The notes: a model not told the origin generated them from the sequence alone. A stretch of DNA of 64,000 nucleotides from an uncultured Bacilli bacterium (GCA_934183255.1 CAKPSD010000001.1:581728-645727), one strand, 5' to 3'; positions 41,359 through 52,229 are shown, counted from the stretch's first letter. A program made the numbers and translations.

Positions 41359-43332
41359 ATGAAACTAATTATTGTTGAATCACCTACAAAAGCTAGAACC
41401 ATTCAAAAGTATTTAGGAAAAGATTATAAGGTCATTGCTTCTCAAGGTCATATTAGAGATTTATCTTTTAATGGGGAAGATTCTCTTGGTGTAGATATAA
41501 AAAATAATTTTACTCCAGATTATGTAATAAGTGATCGTAGTAAAGGAATTATAGGTGCATTAAAAAATGCAGTAAGTAAAGCTGATGAAGTATATCTTGC
41601 AACCGACCCTGATAGAGAAGGAGAAGCTATTGCGTGGCATTTAGCTGATGTTCTTAATTTAGATATAAGTACAACAAAAAGACTAGAATTCCATGAGATT
41701 ACTAAAAAGTCTGTTAAAGAAGCACTTGAAAATGCTAGAACTATTGATATGAATCTAGTTTCTTCTCAAGAAACAAGAAGAATACTTGATAGAATTATAG
41801 GCTTTGAACTATCTGGTCTTTTACAAAAGAAAATATATACAAGATCTGCTGGTAGAGTACAATCTGTAGCATTAAAACTAATTATTGAAAGACAAAAAGA
41901 AATTGATAGCTTTGTTGAAGAAATAAGCTATGGTATAAGTGGTAAAGTTGTTAATAAGGATAACTATGATTTTGAATTAGTTGATGATAAATTAGCTAGC
42001 ATTAGAGTTAAAGATCCTAAAGAAGTTGAAAGTATTGTAGATGTTATTAGTAATAAACTAAAAGTAAAAGATGTTACCAATGAGCTTACTACAAAAAATT
42101 CTAAAGCTCCTTTTACTACTTCTTCCTTGCAACAAGAAGCATTTGCTAAATTTAAGTTTTCTGCTTCTAAAACAAATAAGATTGCCCAAAAGTTATATGA
42201 GGGTATTAATATAGGGGAAGAAACAACTGGTTTAATTACTTACATGAGAACTGACTCTATAAGAGTTAGTAGTAGTTTTGTTTTTGCCACAAAAGATTAT
42301 ATAAAAAATGCTTATGGTGAAGATTATGTAGGATATGCTAAAGTGCAAAAAGAAGACGATAAAGTTCAAGATGCTCATGAAGCTATTAGACCTACTAGAG
42401 TAGACATTGTTCCAGATACAATTAAAGATTACTTAGATAAGGATGAATATAAATTATATAAACTAATTTGGTGTAGAGCAGTTGCTTCAATTATGAAGAG
42501 TGCAGAAATAGATACTACTAAAGTTGTATTTGAAAAAGATAAATATTTATTTTTAACTACAGGAAGTGTTATTCACTTTGATGGTTATAAAAAAGTATAT
42601 GGAGAATATGAAAGTGATAAATATGTAAAATTACCTGTATTTGAAGCAAATAAAGAATACGATGTTAAAAAGGTGGAAGTAAAAGAACATAAAACTAAAC
42701 CACCATTTAAATATAGTGAAGGGTCACTTATTAAAGCAATGGAAGAATTAGGAATTGGTAGGCCTTCAACTTATGCTTCTACTATTGAGTCATTAAAGAA
42801 AAGTTCTTATATTAGTGAAGAAAAAGGATATATTAGTCCTACATTAAATGGTTATAATGCTGATGCTAAATTAGATGAATTTTTTGATGATATTATAAAT
42901 GTAGAATATACTGCTAATATGGAAAAAGATTTGGATTCTATAGCGGAGGGCGAAAAAACTAAACTTGATGCTTTAGAAACTTTCTATGAGCCTTTTAAAG
43001 AAAAGATGGAATATGCTTATAAACATATGGGTGGTCCTGAAATTATTAAAACCGGAGAAGTTTGCCCTAAATGTGGAGGGGCATTAGTTAAAAGACAAGG
43101 CAAATATGGAGAATATATTTGTTGTGAAAATCGTCCTGAATGTGACTATATAAAGCCAAAAGAAATAGTTATTAGTGAGCATTCTAAAACTTGTCCTAAA
43201 TGTAAGGAAGGAAAACTTATTGTTAGAAAAGGTAAGTATGGAAATTTCTTAGGATGTTCTAGATTTCCTGAATGTGATTATATGGAAAGTTTTAAGAAGA
43301 AAACTTATTATAAAAAAAAGGAACAAAATTAA
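41359..43332 (+). CDS. topA: DNA topoisomerase I with three C-terminal zinc ribbons
   Basis: MKLIIVESPTKARTIQKYLG Toprim. ATDPDREGEAIAWH. Active-site region LITYMRTDS. C-terminal CPKCGG...C / C..C repeats. Confidence 0.95.
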   Translation: MKLIIVESPTKARTIQKYLGKDYKVIASQGHIRDLSFNGEDSLGVDIKNNFTPDYVISDRSKGIIGALKNAVSKADEVYLATDPDREGEAIAWHLADVLNLDISTTKRLEFHEITKKSVKEALENARTIDMNLVSSQETRRILDRIIGFELSGLLQKKIYTRSAGRVQSVALKLIIERQKEIDSFVEEISYGISGKVVNKDNYDFELVDDKLASIRVKDPKEVESIVDVISNKLKVKDVTNELTTKNSKAPFTTSSLQQEAFAKFKFSASKTNKIAQKLYEGINIGEETTGLITYMRTDSIRVSSSFVFATKDYIKNAYGEDYVGYAKVQKEDDKVQDAHEAIRPTRVDIVPDTIKDYLDKDEYKLYKLIWCRAVASIMKSAEIDTTKVVFEKDKYLFLTTGSVIHFDGYKKVYGEYESDKYVKLPVFEANKEYDVKKVEVKEHKTKPPFKYSEGSLIKAMEELGIGRPSTYASTIESLKKSSYISEEKGYISPTLNGYNADAKLDEFFDDIINVEYTANMEKDLDSIAEGEKTKLDALETFYEPFKEKMEYAYKHMGGPEIIKTGEVCPKCGGALVKRQGKYGEYICCENRPECDYIKPKEIVISEHSKTCPKCKEGKLIVRKGKYGNFLGCSRFPECDYMESFKKKTYYKKKEQN

Positions 43333-43352
43333 TTTTTGTTCCTTTTATTTTA
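43317..43352. terminator. Bidirectional terminator between topA (+) and ffh (-)
   Basis: AGGAACAAAA-TTAA-TTTTGTTCCT hairpin with A-run before and T-run after. Confidence 0.65.
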
Positions 43353-44675
43353 AGCTCCAAATGGGTTCTTCCCATTTTTCATCATACCCTTCATTTGCTT
43401 CATCATTTCTTTCATTTTTTCATGTTGATTTAATACTCTATTAACATCACTTGCTTGAGTACCACTTCCTTTAGCTATTCTTATTTTTCTATTAGCTTTT
43501 AAAATTTCAGGATGTTTTCTTTCTTCAAGTGTCATACTAGAGATAACAGCTTTTGTTTTCTTAAGTTGTTCTTTAGCTTGTTCCATTTGTTCATCACTAA
43601 TTTTAGGCATACCTGGAATAAATCTCATTATTCCTTTCATAGATCCAAGTTTATTTATTTGTTCCATTTGCATTAACATATCATCTAAAGTAAATGTTCC
43701 ATTCATCATTTTATTAACAGTCTTTTTAGCTTCTTTTTCATCTATTGCTTCTTCTGCTTTCTCAATTAAAGTTAGAACATCACCCATACCTAATATTCTT
43801 TCTGCCATTCTTTCAGGATAGAATATTTCAATATCATCTATTTTTTCACCAATTCCTGAGAACTTTATAGGAATACCTGTTAAATGCTTGATAGATAAAG
43901 CTGCTCCTCCACGTGCATCACCATCTAATTTAGACATTACTAAACCAGTTATTCTTAATTTATCGTTGAATTCTTTTGCAACATTAACACTATCTTGTCC
44001 ACTCATTGCATCTACTACTAGAAGAACTTCTTTAGGTTTTACTGCACTTGCTACATCTTTTAATTCTTGCATTAATCCCTCATCAATATGAAGTCTACCT
44101 GCAGTATCATAGATAACTAAATCATATCCATTTTCTCTTGCATAAACTAATGCACGATTTGCTATATCTACAACATTCTTACTTTCTTTATCATAGAACA
44201 CATCTACATTTATAGATTTTCCAAGTGTTATAAGTTGATCAATAGCAGCAGGTCTATATACATCTAGTCCTACTAATAAAGGCTTTTTGTTTTGTTTTTT
44301 TCTAAGTAAATTAGCAATTTTAGCACTTGTTGTAGTTTTACCACTACCTTGTAAACCTACCATCATTATTCCTGTTAAACCAGTAATATTTAAAGCGTCA
44401 TTTTCCTCACCAAGCAAAGATACTAATTCATCTTTAATAATTTTTAAAATCATTTGTCCTGGAGAAAGCGTACTTAATACATTTTGTCCAATTGCTTTTT
44501 CTTTTACATTGTTAGTAAACTCTTTTACAACCTTATAGTTAACATCAGCTTCAAGTAAAGAAATTCTTATTTCTTTAATCATTTCTTCCATATTTTGTTC
44601 TGTTAACTTAGATTGTCCTTTTACTTTCTTTATAATAGCTTGTAATTTATCTCCTAATTGTTCAAAAGCCATCAC
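43350..44675 (-). CDS. ffh: Signal recognition particle protein Ffh
   Basis: NG domain GLQGSGKTTT. DTAGR. Met-rich M domain (MMKQMKGMMK). Confidence 0.95.
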   Translation of the reverse strand: MMAFEQLGDKLQAIIKKVKGQSKLTEQNMEEMIKEIRISLLEADVNYKVVKEFTNNVKEKAIGQNVLSTLSPGQMILKIIKDELVSLLGEENDALNITGLTGIMMVGLQGSGKTTTSAKIANLLRKKQNKKPLLVGLDVYRPAAIDQLITLGKSINVDVFYDKESKNVVDIANRALVYARENGYDLVIYDTAGRLHIDEGLMQELKDVASAVKPKEVLLVVDAMSGQDSVNVAKEFNDKLRITGLVMSKLDGDARGGAALSIKHLTGIPIKFSGIGEKIDDIEIFYPERMAERILGMGDVLTLIEKAEEAIDEKEAKKTVNKMMNGTFTLDDMLMQMEQINKLGSMKGIMRFIPGMPKISDEQMEQAKEQLKKTKAVISSMTLEERKHPEILKANRKIRIAKGSGTQASDVNRVLNQHEKMKEMMKQMKGMMKNGKNPFGA

Positions 44676-44685
44676 TAATACCTCC

Positions 44686-44997
44686 TTATAACTTTTCTAT
44701 ATATTGTTTGATTTCCTCTTTAGTTAAGTCCTCAAGCTTTTCTATTAATTCATTTTTTATTTCGTCTTTCTTTAATAATTCTAACTTAGTTTCATAATCC
44801 TCTAATATATTTAAACTTCTTTTTAAAGAATCAAATACAGCATTTCTAGAAATATTTAATTCTTCACTAATTTCTTTAAGTGATAAATCTTCCATATAAT
44901 ATAACTCTAAAATATTTAATTGATTACTAGTAAGTAATGTCCCATATAAATCAATTAAATCATTAACTCTTTTTGTCTTTTCTAACTCCATAAACAA
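44686..44997 (-). CDS. ylxM: YlxM/p13-like HTH protein (UPF0122), conserved upstream of ffh
   Basis: 103 aa. sigma-70 region-4-like LSLKEISEELNISRNAVFDSLKR. Confidence 0.85.
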   Translation of the reverse strand: MFMELEKTKRVNDLIDLYGTLLTSNQLNILELYYMEDLSLKEISEELNISRNAVFDSLKRSLNILEDYETKLELLKKDEIKNELIEKLEDLTKEEIKQYIEKL

Positions 44998-45001
44998 ACT
45001 C

Positions 45002-45256
45002 CTATAAAATTGATATTATTAGAAATATTACAAAGAATATTCCGGCATTCTTATAAAACTCTGGTTCTTTAAAAGCGTTTCTTTTATATTCTCTAGGCAA
45101 ATAGATAAAGGCTGCAAAAAATCCCAATAATAAATTATATGTAATTATTAATGGTAACCCATTAAATCCTATACTCACTAAAAAATAACTAATTATATAT
45201 TGTGCTACAATAAAGCCAATTAAAACTAGAAATAACCTAGTAAAATCTATTTTCAT
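45002..45256 (-). CDS. Small hypothetical membrane protein (84 aa, 2-3 TM) between ftsY and ylxM
   Basis: Hydrophobic helices. Tightly packed in the operon (start overlaps ftsY stop). Confidence 0.45.
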   Translation of the reverse strand: MKIDFTRLFLVLIGFIVAQYIISYFLVSIGFNGLPLIITYNLLLGFFAAFIYLPREYKRNAFKEPEFYKNAGIFFVIFLIISIL

Positions 45257-46245
45257 TATTTTTCCTCCTCATCAAGAGTAGAACATAATCCATATATATA
45301 ATCTTCTAGGTCAAATTCTATCAAATCATCGATTTTTTCTCCTAGGCCTATATATTTTACAGGTATACCTAATTCTTCTCTTATTGAAAGAATTATGCCT
45401 CCTTTACTAGTACCGTCCATTTTAGTCAAAATAATAGAATCTACGCCAGTAGCATTTGCAAAGCTTGATGCTTGAATTACACCATTTTGACCAGTAGTTG
45501 CATCAATTACTAACATTACTTCATGTGGTGCTCCTTCAACTTCTTTTCCTAAAACTTTTCTCATTTTAGATAATTCATTCATTAAGTTTACTTTTGTTTG
45601 TAGTCTTCCTGCTGAATCACAAATTACAACATCCATATTTTGCTTTTTAGCTTCTTCTACTCCTCTATAGTAAACACTTGAAGGATCTTCTTTTTCATTG
45701 CCTTTTACAACAGGTATTTCAAGTCTATTAGCCCATACTTCTAGTTGTTCTACTGCTCCTGCTCTAAATGTATCTCCTGCTACTAACATAACTTTTTTGC
45801 CTTGCTTTTTTAATAGATTAGCAAGTTTAGCAATACTTGTTGTTTTACCAACACCATTTACTCCTACTACTAAAATTACAGTTAAACCATTTTCATTAAA
45901 CTTAATTTCAGTATCCATATCCTCTCCACCTTTAGCATAATAAACAAACATTTTATCCACTAAAGCTTCATTTATCTCTTTAGGTGTTTTTAGTTTAGAT
46001 AATCTAACTTCTTTTTTAGTTTCATCAATAATTTCCATGACAATCTTAACGCCGATATCTGCTTCGATAAGTATTTCTTCTAACTCATCAAAGTAATCTT
46101 CATCAATACTACGATATCTAGCTGCTAGGGCATTAAGTTTATCTGCAAAGTTTGATCTTGATTTACCTAGTGCTGCTACATATTTTTCACTTTGTTTATT
46201 TGTTTTTCCAAAGATTTTTTCTTTTAGTTTTCCAAAAAAGCCCAC
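45256..46245 (-). CDS. ftsY: Signal recognition particle receptor FtsY
   Basis: GVNGVGKTTSIAKLA. DTFRAGA. DSAGR. Confidence 0.93.
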   Translation of the reverse strand: MGFFGKLKEKIFGKTNKQSEKYVAALGKSRSNFADKLNALAARYRSIDEDYFDELEEILIEADIGVKIVMEIIDETKKEVRLSKLKTPKEINEALVDKMFVYYAKGGEDMDTEIKFNENGLTVILVVGVNGVGKTTSIAKLANLLKKQGKKVMLVAGDTFRAGAVEQLEVWANRLEIPVVKGNEKEDPSSVYYRGVEEAKKQNMDVVICDSAGRLQTKVNLMNELSKMRKVLGKEVEGAPHEVMLVIDATTGQNGVIQASSFANATGVDSIILTKMDGTSKGGIILSIREELGIPVKYIGLGEKIDDLIEFDLEDYIYGLCSTLDEEEK

Positions 46246-46260
46246 TTATAAATCTCCTTT

Positions 46261-46938
46261 CTACTTAACACACTTTTCTAATGCATTTTTTGCTGCATCT
46301 TGTTGTGCATCTTTTTTTGATTTTCCTGTACCAGTTGCAAGTACAATTTCACCATCTAATACTACTTCAAATACATAAGTAGGGTTATTAGCAGTCCCAC
46401 TTCTAGATAATTCTCTATACTCAACTGTTTTTCTTTTATCTGCTTGAACAATTTCTTGAAGTTTTGTTTTATAATCTAATAAATCATCAATTTTAATTGA
46501 TTTTACTAAAGGCAAAAATATTTTCTTTACTACTTCAAAAGATTTTTCATATCCTTGATCAAGATAAATTGCTGCCATTAAAGATTCAAAAGAATCTGCT
46601 AAAATATTTTTTCTTTCTCTTCCACCAGTCTTTTCTTCTCCATGACCTAATATCAAGTAATCACCTATATGTAATTCTTTTGCAAGTTCACATAAAGAAT
46701 CACTTCTAACTAATCTAGATCTAATTAAAGACATTTCTCCTTCTTTTAATGAAGGATATTCTTTAAATATTAGATGAGAAACAAATAGTTGAAGTACTGC
46801 ATCTCCCATAAATTCTAATCTTTCTAAATCTCCATAATTTTTATGGTGTTCGTTAATGTATGATGGATGAGTTAATGCTGTTATATAAATAGTTTTATTT
46901 TTAGGAGTAATTTTAAATCTATCTAATAATTCTATCAT
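46261..46938 (-). CDS. rnc: Ribonuclease III
   Basis: RNase III signature ERLEFMGDAVL. C-terminal dsRBD (GTGKSKKDAQQDAAKNALE). Confidence 0.93.
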   Translation of the reverse strand: MIELLDRFKITPKNKTIYITALTHPSYINEHHKNYGDLERLEFMGDAVLQLFVSHLIFKEYPSLKEGEMSLIRSRLVRSDSLCELAKELHIGDYLILGHGEEKTGGRERKNILADSFESLMAAIYLDQGYEKSFEVVKKIFLPLVKSIKIDDLLDYKTKLQEIVQADKRKTVEYRELSRSGTANNPTYVFEVVLDGEIVLATGTGKSKKDAQQDAAKNALEKCVK

Positions 46939-47909
46939 TATTTTAATTCCTCTTTGATTTTAGTAATCATATCTTTCTTTATTAGTTCATAAGTTACTCT
47001 AATTGCATGATAGAATGCTCTTGCATCACTAGAACCATGACCTTTTACTACTACTTTATTAACTCCAAGTAACATTGCTCCACCATAACTTTTATAATCC
47101 ATCTTTGATTGCATTTCTTTTATTCCTGATCTTGCAAATAAGTATCCGATTTTAGTAAAAATATTTTTCTTGAATGCTTTCTTTAATAAATTAGAAAATA
47201 ACTTAGCTGTTCCCTCAGTATTCTTTAAAACAACATTTCCATCAAATCCAGGACATACTACAACATCTGCATCTCCACTTAAAATATATCTAGCTTCCAT
47301 ATTTCCTTTAAAGCCTTCTAAGTTACTATTTTTAATTAATTGATGCGCTTCCTTAATTAAAGGTGAGCCCTTCTTTTCTTCCGCTCCATTAGACAATAAA
47401 TAAATTCTAGGTTTTTCTACATCATTGTAAACTTTAGAAAATACCTTTCCTAATTTAGCAAATTCTAGTAAATGTTCAGCAGTATTTTCGTTGTTTGCAC
47501 CTATATCTAGTAAGATTACACTTTTTTCACCCATTGTAGGGAATGGAGAAACTAATGCTGCTCTTTGTAATCCTTCGATTAATTTTAAATAAATTGTTGA
47601 TGCTGTTAAAAAAGCACCAGTAGATCCAGCACTAACTACGCCATCTAAATTATCATTTTTAGCGCCTTCGATTGCTTTAATCATACTTGTTTCTTTTTTT
47701 CTCATTACTTGTAAAGCACCATCTTCCATGCCCATTACATCAGCACAATCAACAATCTTAGTTAAACCTTCTAATTCTACTAATTCTTCTTTTTTGCCAT
47801 ACACAACAAATTCAACATCTTTATAATCATTTAAAAAGTTTTTTACTGCTTCTACTACTATTTTAGAACCATTATCTGATCCCATTGCATCTACTGCTAT
47901 TTTTATCAT
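46938..47909 (-). CDS. plsX: Phosphate acyltransferase PlsX
   Basis: MIKIAVDAMGSDNG N-terminus. 323 aa. Confidence 0.92.
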   Translation of the reverse strand: MIKIAVDAMGSDNGSKIVVEAVKNFLNDYKDVEFVVYGKKEELVELEGLTKIVDCADVMGMEDGALQVMRKKETSMIKAIEGAKNDNLDGVVSAGSTGAFLTASTIYLKLIEGLQRAALVSPFPTMGEKSVILLDIGANNENTAEHLLEFAKLGKVFSKVYNDVEKPRIYLLSNGAEEKKGSPLIKEAHQLIKNSNLEGFKGNMEARYILSGDADVVVCPGFDGNVVLKNTEGTAKLFSNLLKKAFKKNIFTKIGYLFARSGIKEMQSKMDYKSYGGAMLLGVNKVVVKGHGSSDARAFYHAIRVTYELIKKDMITKIKEELK

Positions 47910-47939
47910 AATATCACCCTCGTTTCTATTTTATCAAAA

Positions 47940-49946
47940 CTATCCTATTACTTCCATATTTTCATTTAGTTTACTTTCAATATAATCCTTATATTCTTTA
48001 AATTCTAATTTATCTAAATTAGAAAATATCATTTTACAATCTTTTCTTGCTACTTCAAGTATATGATAATCATCTATAATATTTGCTATTTTAAGATCAC
48101 TAACACCACTTTGCTTAGTACCTATGATATCTCCAACTCCTCTTTTTTGCATATCATATTTACTTATTTCAAATCCATCATTAGTGCCGCACAAAAACTT
48201 AAGTCTTTCTACACTCTCATCTTCTTCATTATCACTTAAAAGAAAACAATATCCAGTATTTCCATTTCTTCCAACTCTTCCTCTTAATTGATGAAGTTGG
48301 GCTAATCCAAAATTATTTGCTCCATAGATAACAATAGCTTCAGCTTCTTTAATATCTATTCCAACTTCTATTACTGTTGTGGAAACTAGTATTTTAATAA
48401 TTCCCTTACTAAACTCATCTAAAACTTTTATTTTTTCTTCATCAGACATTTTACCATGCAAATATCCCACACCATATTCTTTAAATATCTCTTTATATTT
48501 TTCATAAGTTTTAAGGACACTTTTTTTACTTTTTGTTTCTCCATCAATAAGAGGACAAACAACATAAACTCTTTTATTTTGACTTACAATATAGCGTATA
48601 TCACTATACATTTTTTCTTCGTTTTTACTTTCAACAAAAATAGTCTTAACATCCCTTTTTCCTAAAGGAAATTCATCAATTGTAGATATGTCTAGTTCAC
48701 CATAAATAGTATGTGCTAGAGTTCTAGGAATAGGAGTAGCACTCATTAATAATAAGTCTACTTTATCTCCTTTATTTTTTAACTCTTGTCTTTGTTTTAC
48801 ACCAAATCTATGTTGCTCATCTATGACTGCTAAACCTAGATTTTTAAATTCTACATCTTTTTGAATAACAGCATGTGTACCCACAACTATATCAATTTCG
48901 CCATTTTTTATTCTTTCTTTTATTTTTTTCTTTTCTGCATTATTTATATCACTTACTAATAATTCTACTTTTATATTAGTCTTCTCTAATAGTTTTTGCA
49001 TATTTGCATAGTGTTGTCTTGCTAACAAATCAGTTGGAGCCATAAATGCACCTTGAGAATTACTAAAAGCACACGCCACTAACGCTACTATTGCTACTAG
49101 TGTTTTACCACTTCCTACATCACCTTGAAGCAATCTATACATAATCATGCCACTTTTCATATCATCTAATATTTCTTTTATCGCTAAAGATTGGGCATTG
49201 CTTAATTTATATGGTAAATTATTAATAAAGTTTTCTATATCTTTATCATTAAATTCTTTTCCTATATTGCTAATATTACTTTTAAATAATCTTTTATTTA
49301 TTTCTAAAGTCATAACAAACTCTAAAAGCTCTTCATATTTTAAATGCCTATATCCTCTAGTAACATCTTTTATTGTACTTGGAAAATGCACTAACTCTAA
49401 TGATTTTAGTTTGCTATCTAATCTATACTTTTCTATTAAACTGTTTGGTAAAGTATTTAAGTTATTATTTCTTATTTTATAATATTCTAAGCCTTCGTTT
49501 ACTATCTTTTTAAATTCATTTTCTTTTAATCCATCTACTAATTTATAGGCTGTTATCACATTAGTATTTATATCAAAATAAATATTAGAAGCTAATATTG
49601 TTTTATGATAATAATCTAATTTACCCACAATTTTTATATATTTATTAATATATAAAAGTCGTGCTAAATAGTCGCGATTAAAGATTGTTATAGTATAAAT
49701 ATCATCATTTATTTCTACCATAAATTGCAATCTTGATAAATTATTTCTTATTCTACTTAACTTAACTTCACTATATATTCTTCCTAAACAAACAACTTTT
49801 TTATCATCTAAATCTTTACTAAGAGGCGTAACCTCTAAATTTTCATATTTTCTAGGATAATAATTAATTAGCTCATCTAAACTAGTAATTTGCATATCAC
49901 TTAAAAGAGTCATCCTTCTAGGCGTTAGTTTAATTTCTGTAATCAT
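47940..49946 (-). CDS. recG: ATP-dependent DNA helicase RecG
   Basis: GDVGSGKT Walker A. DEQHRFGV. QLHQLRGRVGR motif VI. N-terminal wedge domain. Confidence 0.92.
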   Translation of the reverse strand: MITEIKLTPRRMTLLSDMQITSLDELINYYPRKYENLEVTPLSKDLDDKKVVCLGRIYSEVKLSRIRNNLSRLQFMVEINDDIYTITIFNRDYLARLLYINKYIKIVGKLDYYHKTILASNIYFDINTNVITAYKLVDGLKENEFKKIVNEGLEYYKIRNNNLNTLPNSLIEKYRLDSKLKSLELVHFPSTIKDVTRGYRHLKYEELLEFVMTLEINKRLFKSNISNIGKEFNDKDIENFINNLPYKLSNAQSLAIKEILDDMKSGMIMYRLLQGDVGSGKTLVAIVALVACAFSNSQGAFMAPTDLLARQHYANMQKLLEKTNIKVELLVSDINNAEKKKIKERIKNGEIDIVVGTHAVIQKDVEFKNLGLAVIDEQHRFGVKQRQELKNKGDKVDLLLMSATPIPRTLAHTIYGELDISTIDEFPLGKRDVKTIFVESKNEEKMYSDIRYIVSQNKRVYVVCPLIDGETKSKKSVLKTYEKYKEIFKEYGVGYLHGKMSDEEKIKVLDEFSKGIIKILVSTTVIEVGIDIKEAEAIVIYGANNFGLAQLHQLRGRVGRNGNTGYCFLLSDNEEDESVERLKFLCGTNDGFEISKYDMQKRGVGDIIGTKQSGVSDLKIANIIDDYHILEVARKDCKMIFSNLDKLEFKEYKDYIESKLNENMEVIG

Positions 49947-49989
49947 TATTATCCCCCTTTCCTAATAAAAAAAGGGATAACCCCTTAAT

Positions 49990-51654
49990 TTATTCTACTC
50001 CAATTATATAACTATATACTGGTTGTTGACCTAACTTAACATCAACTTCAACTGGATACTTTTCATTTAAGTAGTTAACTATTTTCTTAGTTTCATCTTC
50101 TTTAGCATCTTCACCAGCAATAAGTGTTACTATTTCGCTATTTTCGTCAATCATAGAATCCAATAGTGTAATAGTTGCATCTACTTTATCTTCTTTACAA
50201 GTAATTATATTTTTACCATCTAATCCCATAAAGTAATTTTCTTTTATTTCAATCCCATTGATATTTGTATCTTTAATTGCAAATGTTACTTGTCCTGTCT
50301 TAACATTTTCAATAGCTTCACTCATTTGTTCAAAGTTTTCATCAAATTCACAATATGGATTAAACATCATACACGCTACCATTCCTTGAGGTATAGTCTT
50401 AGTAGGGATCACTTTGCAGTTAACTCCTTCTACTACTTGACTAGCTTGATTAGCAGCCATAACAATGTTTGAGTTATTAGGTAAGATAAATACATTTTCA
50501 GCATTTAATCTATTTATTGCTTCAACAAAATCTTCAGTAGATGGATTCATTGTTTGTCCTCCACTTACAATTTCATCAACTCTTAAATCTCTAAACATTT
50601 GATTTAATCCTTCACCAACTGATACAGAGATAATTGCATATTTTTTCTTTTCTTTCTTTACAACTTCTGTTTTTTCTTCTTTTTTATCATTTTCTGTAAT
50701 ATGAGAATGTTGTAATTGCATATTTTCAACTTTTAATGTTATAAACTCACCGAATTGTTGAGCATAGTTGAAAATATTACCTGGTTTTAATGTATGAATG
50801 TGTACTTTTACCATATCATCATCTTGTACTACAACTATAGAATTACCATGGTTTTGTAATACACTAGTAAATCTAGATGATACAAAGTTTTTCTTTCCTT
50901 CTTTTTCTGGAGAAAGTTTCATAATGAATTCTGTACAATAACCAAATTCTTCATTTGCAATTTTACTTTGTGCAGGAGCAGTTTTATTTTCTGTTTCATT
51001 TTGTTGAACTGTTGCTTGAAATCTTTCAATAATATGATCGTTTAAAGCACTTTCAAATCCTTCTAATACTTTAATTAAACCAGCACCACCTGAATCTACT
51101 ACTCCAACTTCTTTTAATACAGGTAGTAATTCTGGTGTTCTTTCTAGTGATGCTTTAGCTTCTTTTAATAAGATAGCCATACATTCTTTAATTGTAATAG
51201 GCTTTTCTAAATCATCTACATATTTTTTTAATGCAACTGTACTTTCTCTTATTACGGTAAGTATAGTTCCTTCAACTGGTTTCATTACAGCTTTATACGC
51301 TACATCTTTAGCAGAAATAAGTGCATCTGCAAAATCATAACAATTTGCTTCTTTTTTCCCTTCTAATCCAATTGCGAACCCTCTAAATATTTGTGATAAA
51401 ATAACTCCAGAGTTTCCTCTAGCGCCCATAAGCAAACCTCTAGAAAAGGTTTTAGCTACATCATAAATATTTGTTGTGTCTATATTAACAACTTCTTTTG
51501 ATCCAGAAGTCATAGTTAAATTCATGTTTGTTCCAGTGTCTCCATCAGGTACAGGGAACACATTCAAAGCATCTATCTCAGGATAACAGTTAAATAAGTT
51601 ATTCGCCCCAGAAATGATCATTTGCTTTAAATGATGACCATTTATAGTTTTCAT
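49990..51654 (-). CDS. yloV: DAK2 domain fusion protein YloV
   Basis: N-terminal MKTINGHHLKQMIISGANNL...FPVPDGDTGTNM characteristic of YloV/Dak2 fusion. 554 aa. Confidence 0.85.
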   Translation of the reverse strand: MKTINGHHLKQMIISGANNLFNCYPEIDALNVFPVPDGDTGTNMNLTMTSGSKEVVNIDTTNIYDVAKTFSRGLLMGARGNSGVILSQIFRGFAIGLEGKKEANCYDFADALISAKDVAYKAVMKPVEGTILTVIRESTVALKKYVDDLEKPITIKECMAILLKEAKASLERTPELLPVLKEVGVVDSGGAGLIKVLEGFESALNDHIIERFQATVQQNETENKTAPAQSKIANEEFGYCTEFIMKLSPEKEGKKNFVSSRFTSVLQNHGNSIVVVQDDDMVKVHIHTLKPGNIFNYAQQFGEFITLKVENMQLQHSHITENDKKEEKTEVVKKEKKKYAIISVSVGEGLNQMFRDLRVDEIVSGGQTMNPSTEDFVEAINRLNAENVFILPNNSNIVMAANQASQVVEGVNCKVIPTKTIPQGMVACMMFNPYCEFDENFEQMSEAIENVKTGQVTFAIKDTNINGIEIKENYFMGLDGKNIITCKEDKVDATITLLDSMIDENSEIVTLIAGEDAKEDETKKIVNYLNEKYPVEVDVKLGQQPVYSYIIGVE

Positions 51655-51672
51655 TTTATTTCCTCCAAAAAA

Positions 51673-52029
51673 TTATACATTTTTAATATCTTTTACAAAT
51701 ACATTAATTGACTTGAATTTTATATCTAGTGTTTTTTCTAACACGTATTTTACTTTCTTTTGAACTTCGCTTACTACTTCAGTAATTTTTAATCCGTAAG
51801 CTACTACAATATACATTTCTACTTCTACGCCACTCTTTGTCTCTCTAGCAAAAACTCCTTTGTTATAATTCTCAATACGTAGTAGTTCAGCTATTCCAGC
51901 TCTAAGTCCTGTTTTAGGCGCCATACCTACTACACCATAGCATTCTGTTGCAGCGTTACCTGCAATTGAAGCGATTGCATCCATAGTTATAGAAACACTT
52001 CCTTTATCACTATTTTTTTCAATTGTCAT
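51673..52029 (-). CDS. yloU: Asp23/Gls24 family envelope stress protein (YloU-like)
   Basis: 118 aa. Asp23 fold pattern. Conserved yloU-yloV pairing. Confidence 0.85.
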   Translation of the reverse strand: MTIEKNSDKGSVSITMDAIASIAGNAATECYGVVGMAPKTGLRAGIAELLRIENYNKGVFARETKSGVEVEMYIVVAYGLKITEVVSEVQKKVKYVLEKTLDIKFKSINVFVKDIKNV

Positions 52030-52177
52030 AATAAGCCTCCTACTAAATGCGATAATATTATATAAAATTGTTTTAATTTTGTAAACCTTTAACCATTAAT
52101 TTTACTATTCTTGGTAAATTATACTTATATATATTTGCTTCTTATTATAAAAAATTTATGGCGTAAGCAAAAAAATA

Positions 52178-52207
52178 TTTTACATCTATTTAATCCTAAG
52201 TTATAAT
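52178..52207 (+). promoter_or_regulatory. Sigma-A-type promoter (TTTACA-17-TATAAT) for the three-gene operon
   Basis: TTTACA at 52178-52183, 17-bp spacer, TATAAT at 52202-52207. RBS AGGAG at 52217-52221. ATG at 52230. Confidence 0.6.
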
Positions 52208-52229
52208 AATTTTAGTAGGAGTTGTAGTC

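Noticed and set aside
43888-44538. Plus-strand ORFs inside ffh (43888-44091, 44287-44538) and similar short antisense ORFs in ftsY, rnc, recG, yloV and uvrA
   Set aside because: All are antisense to well-supported genes. They lack start signals and have low-complexity translations.
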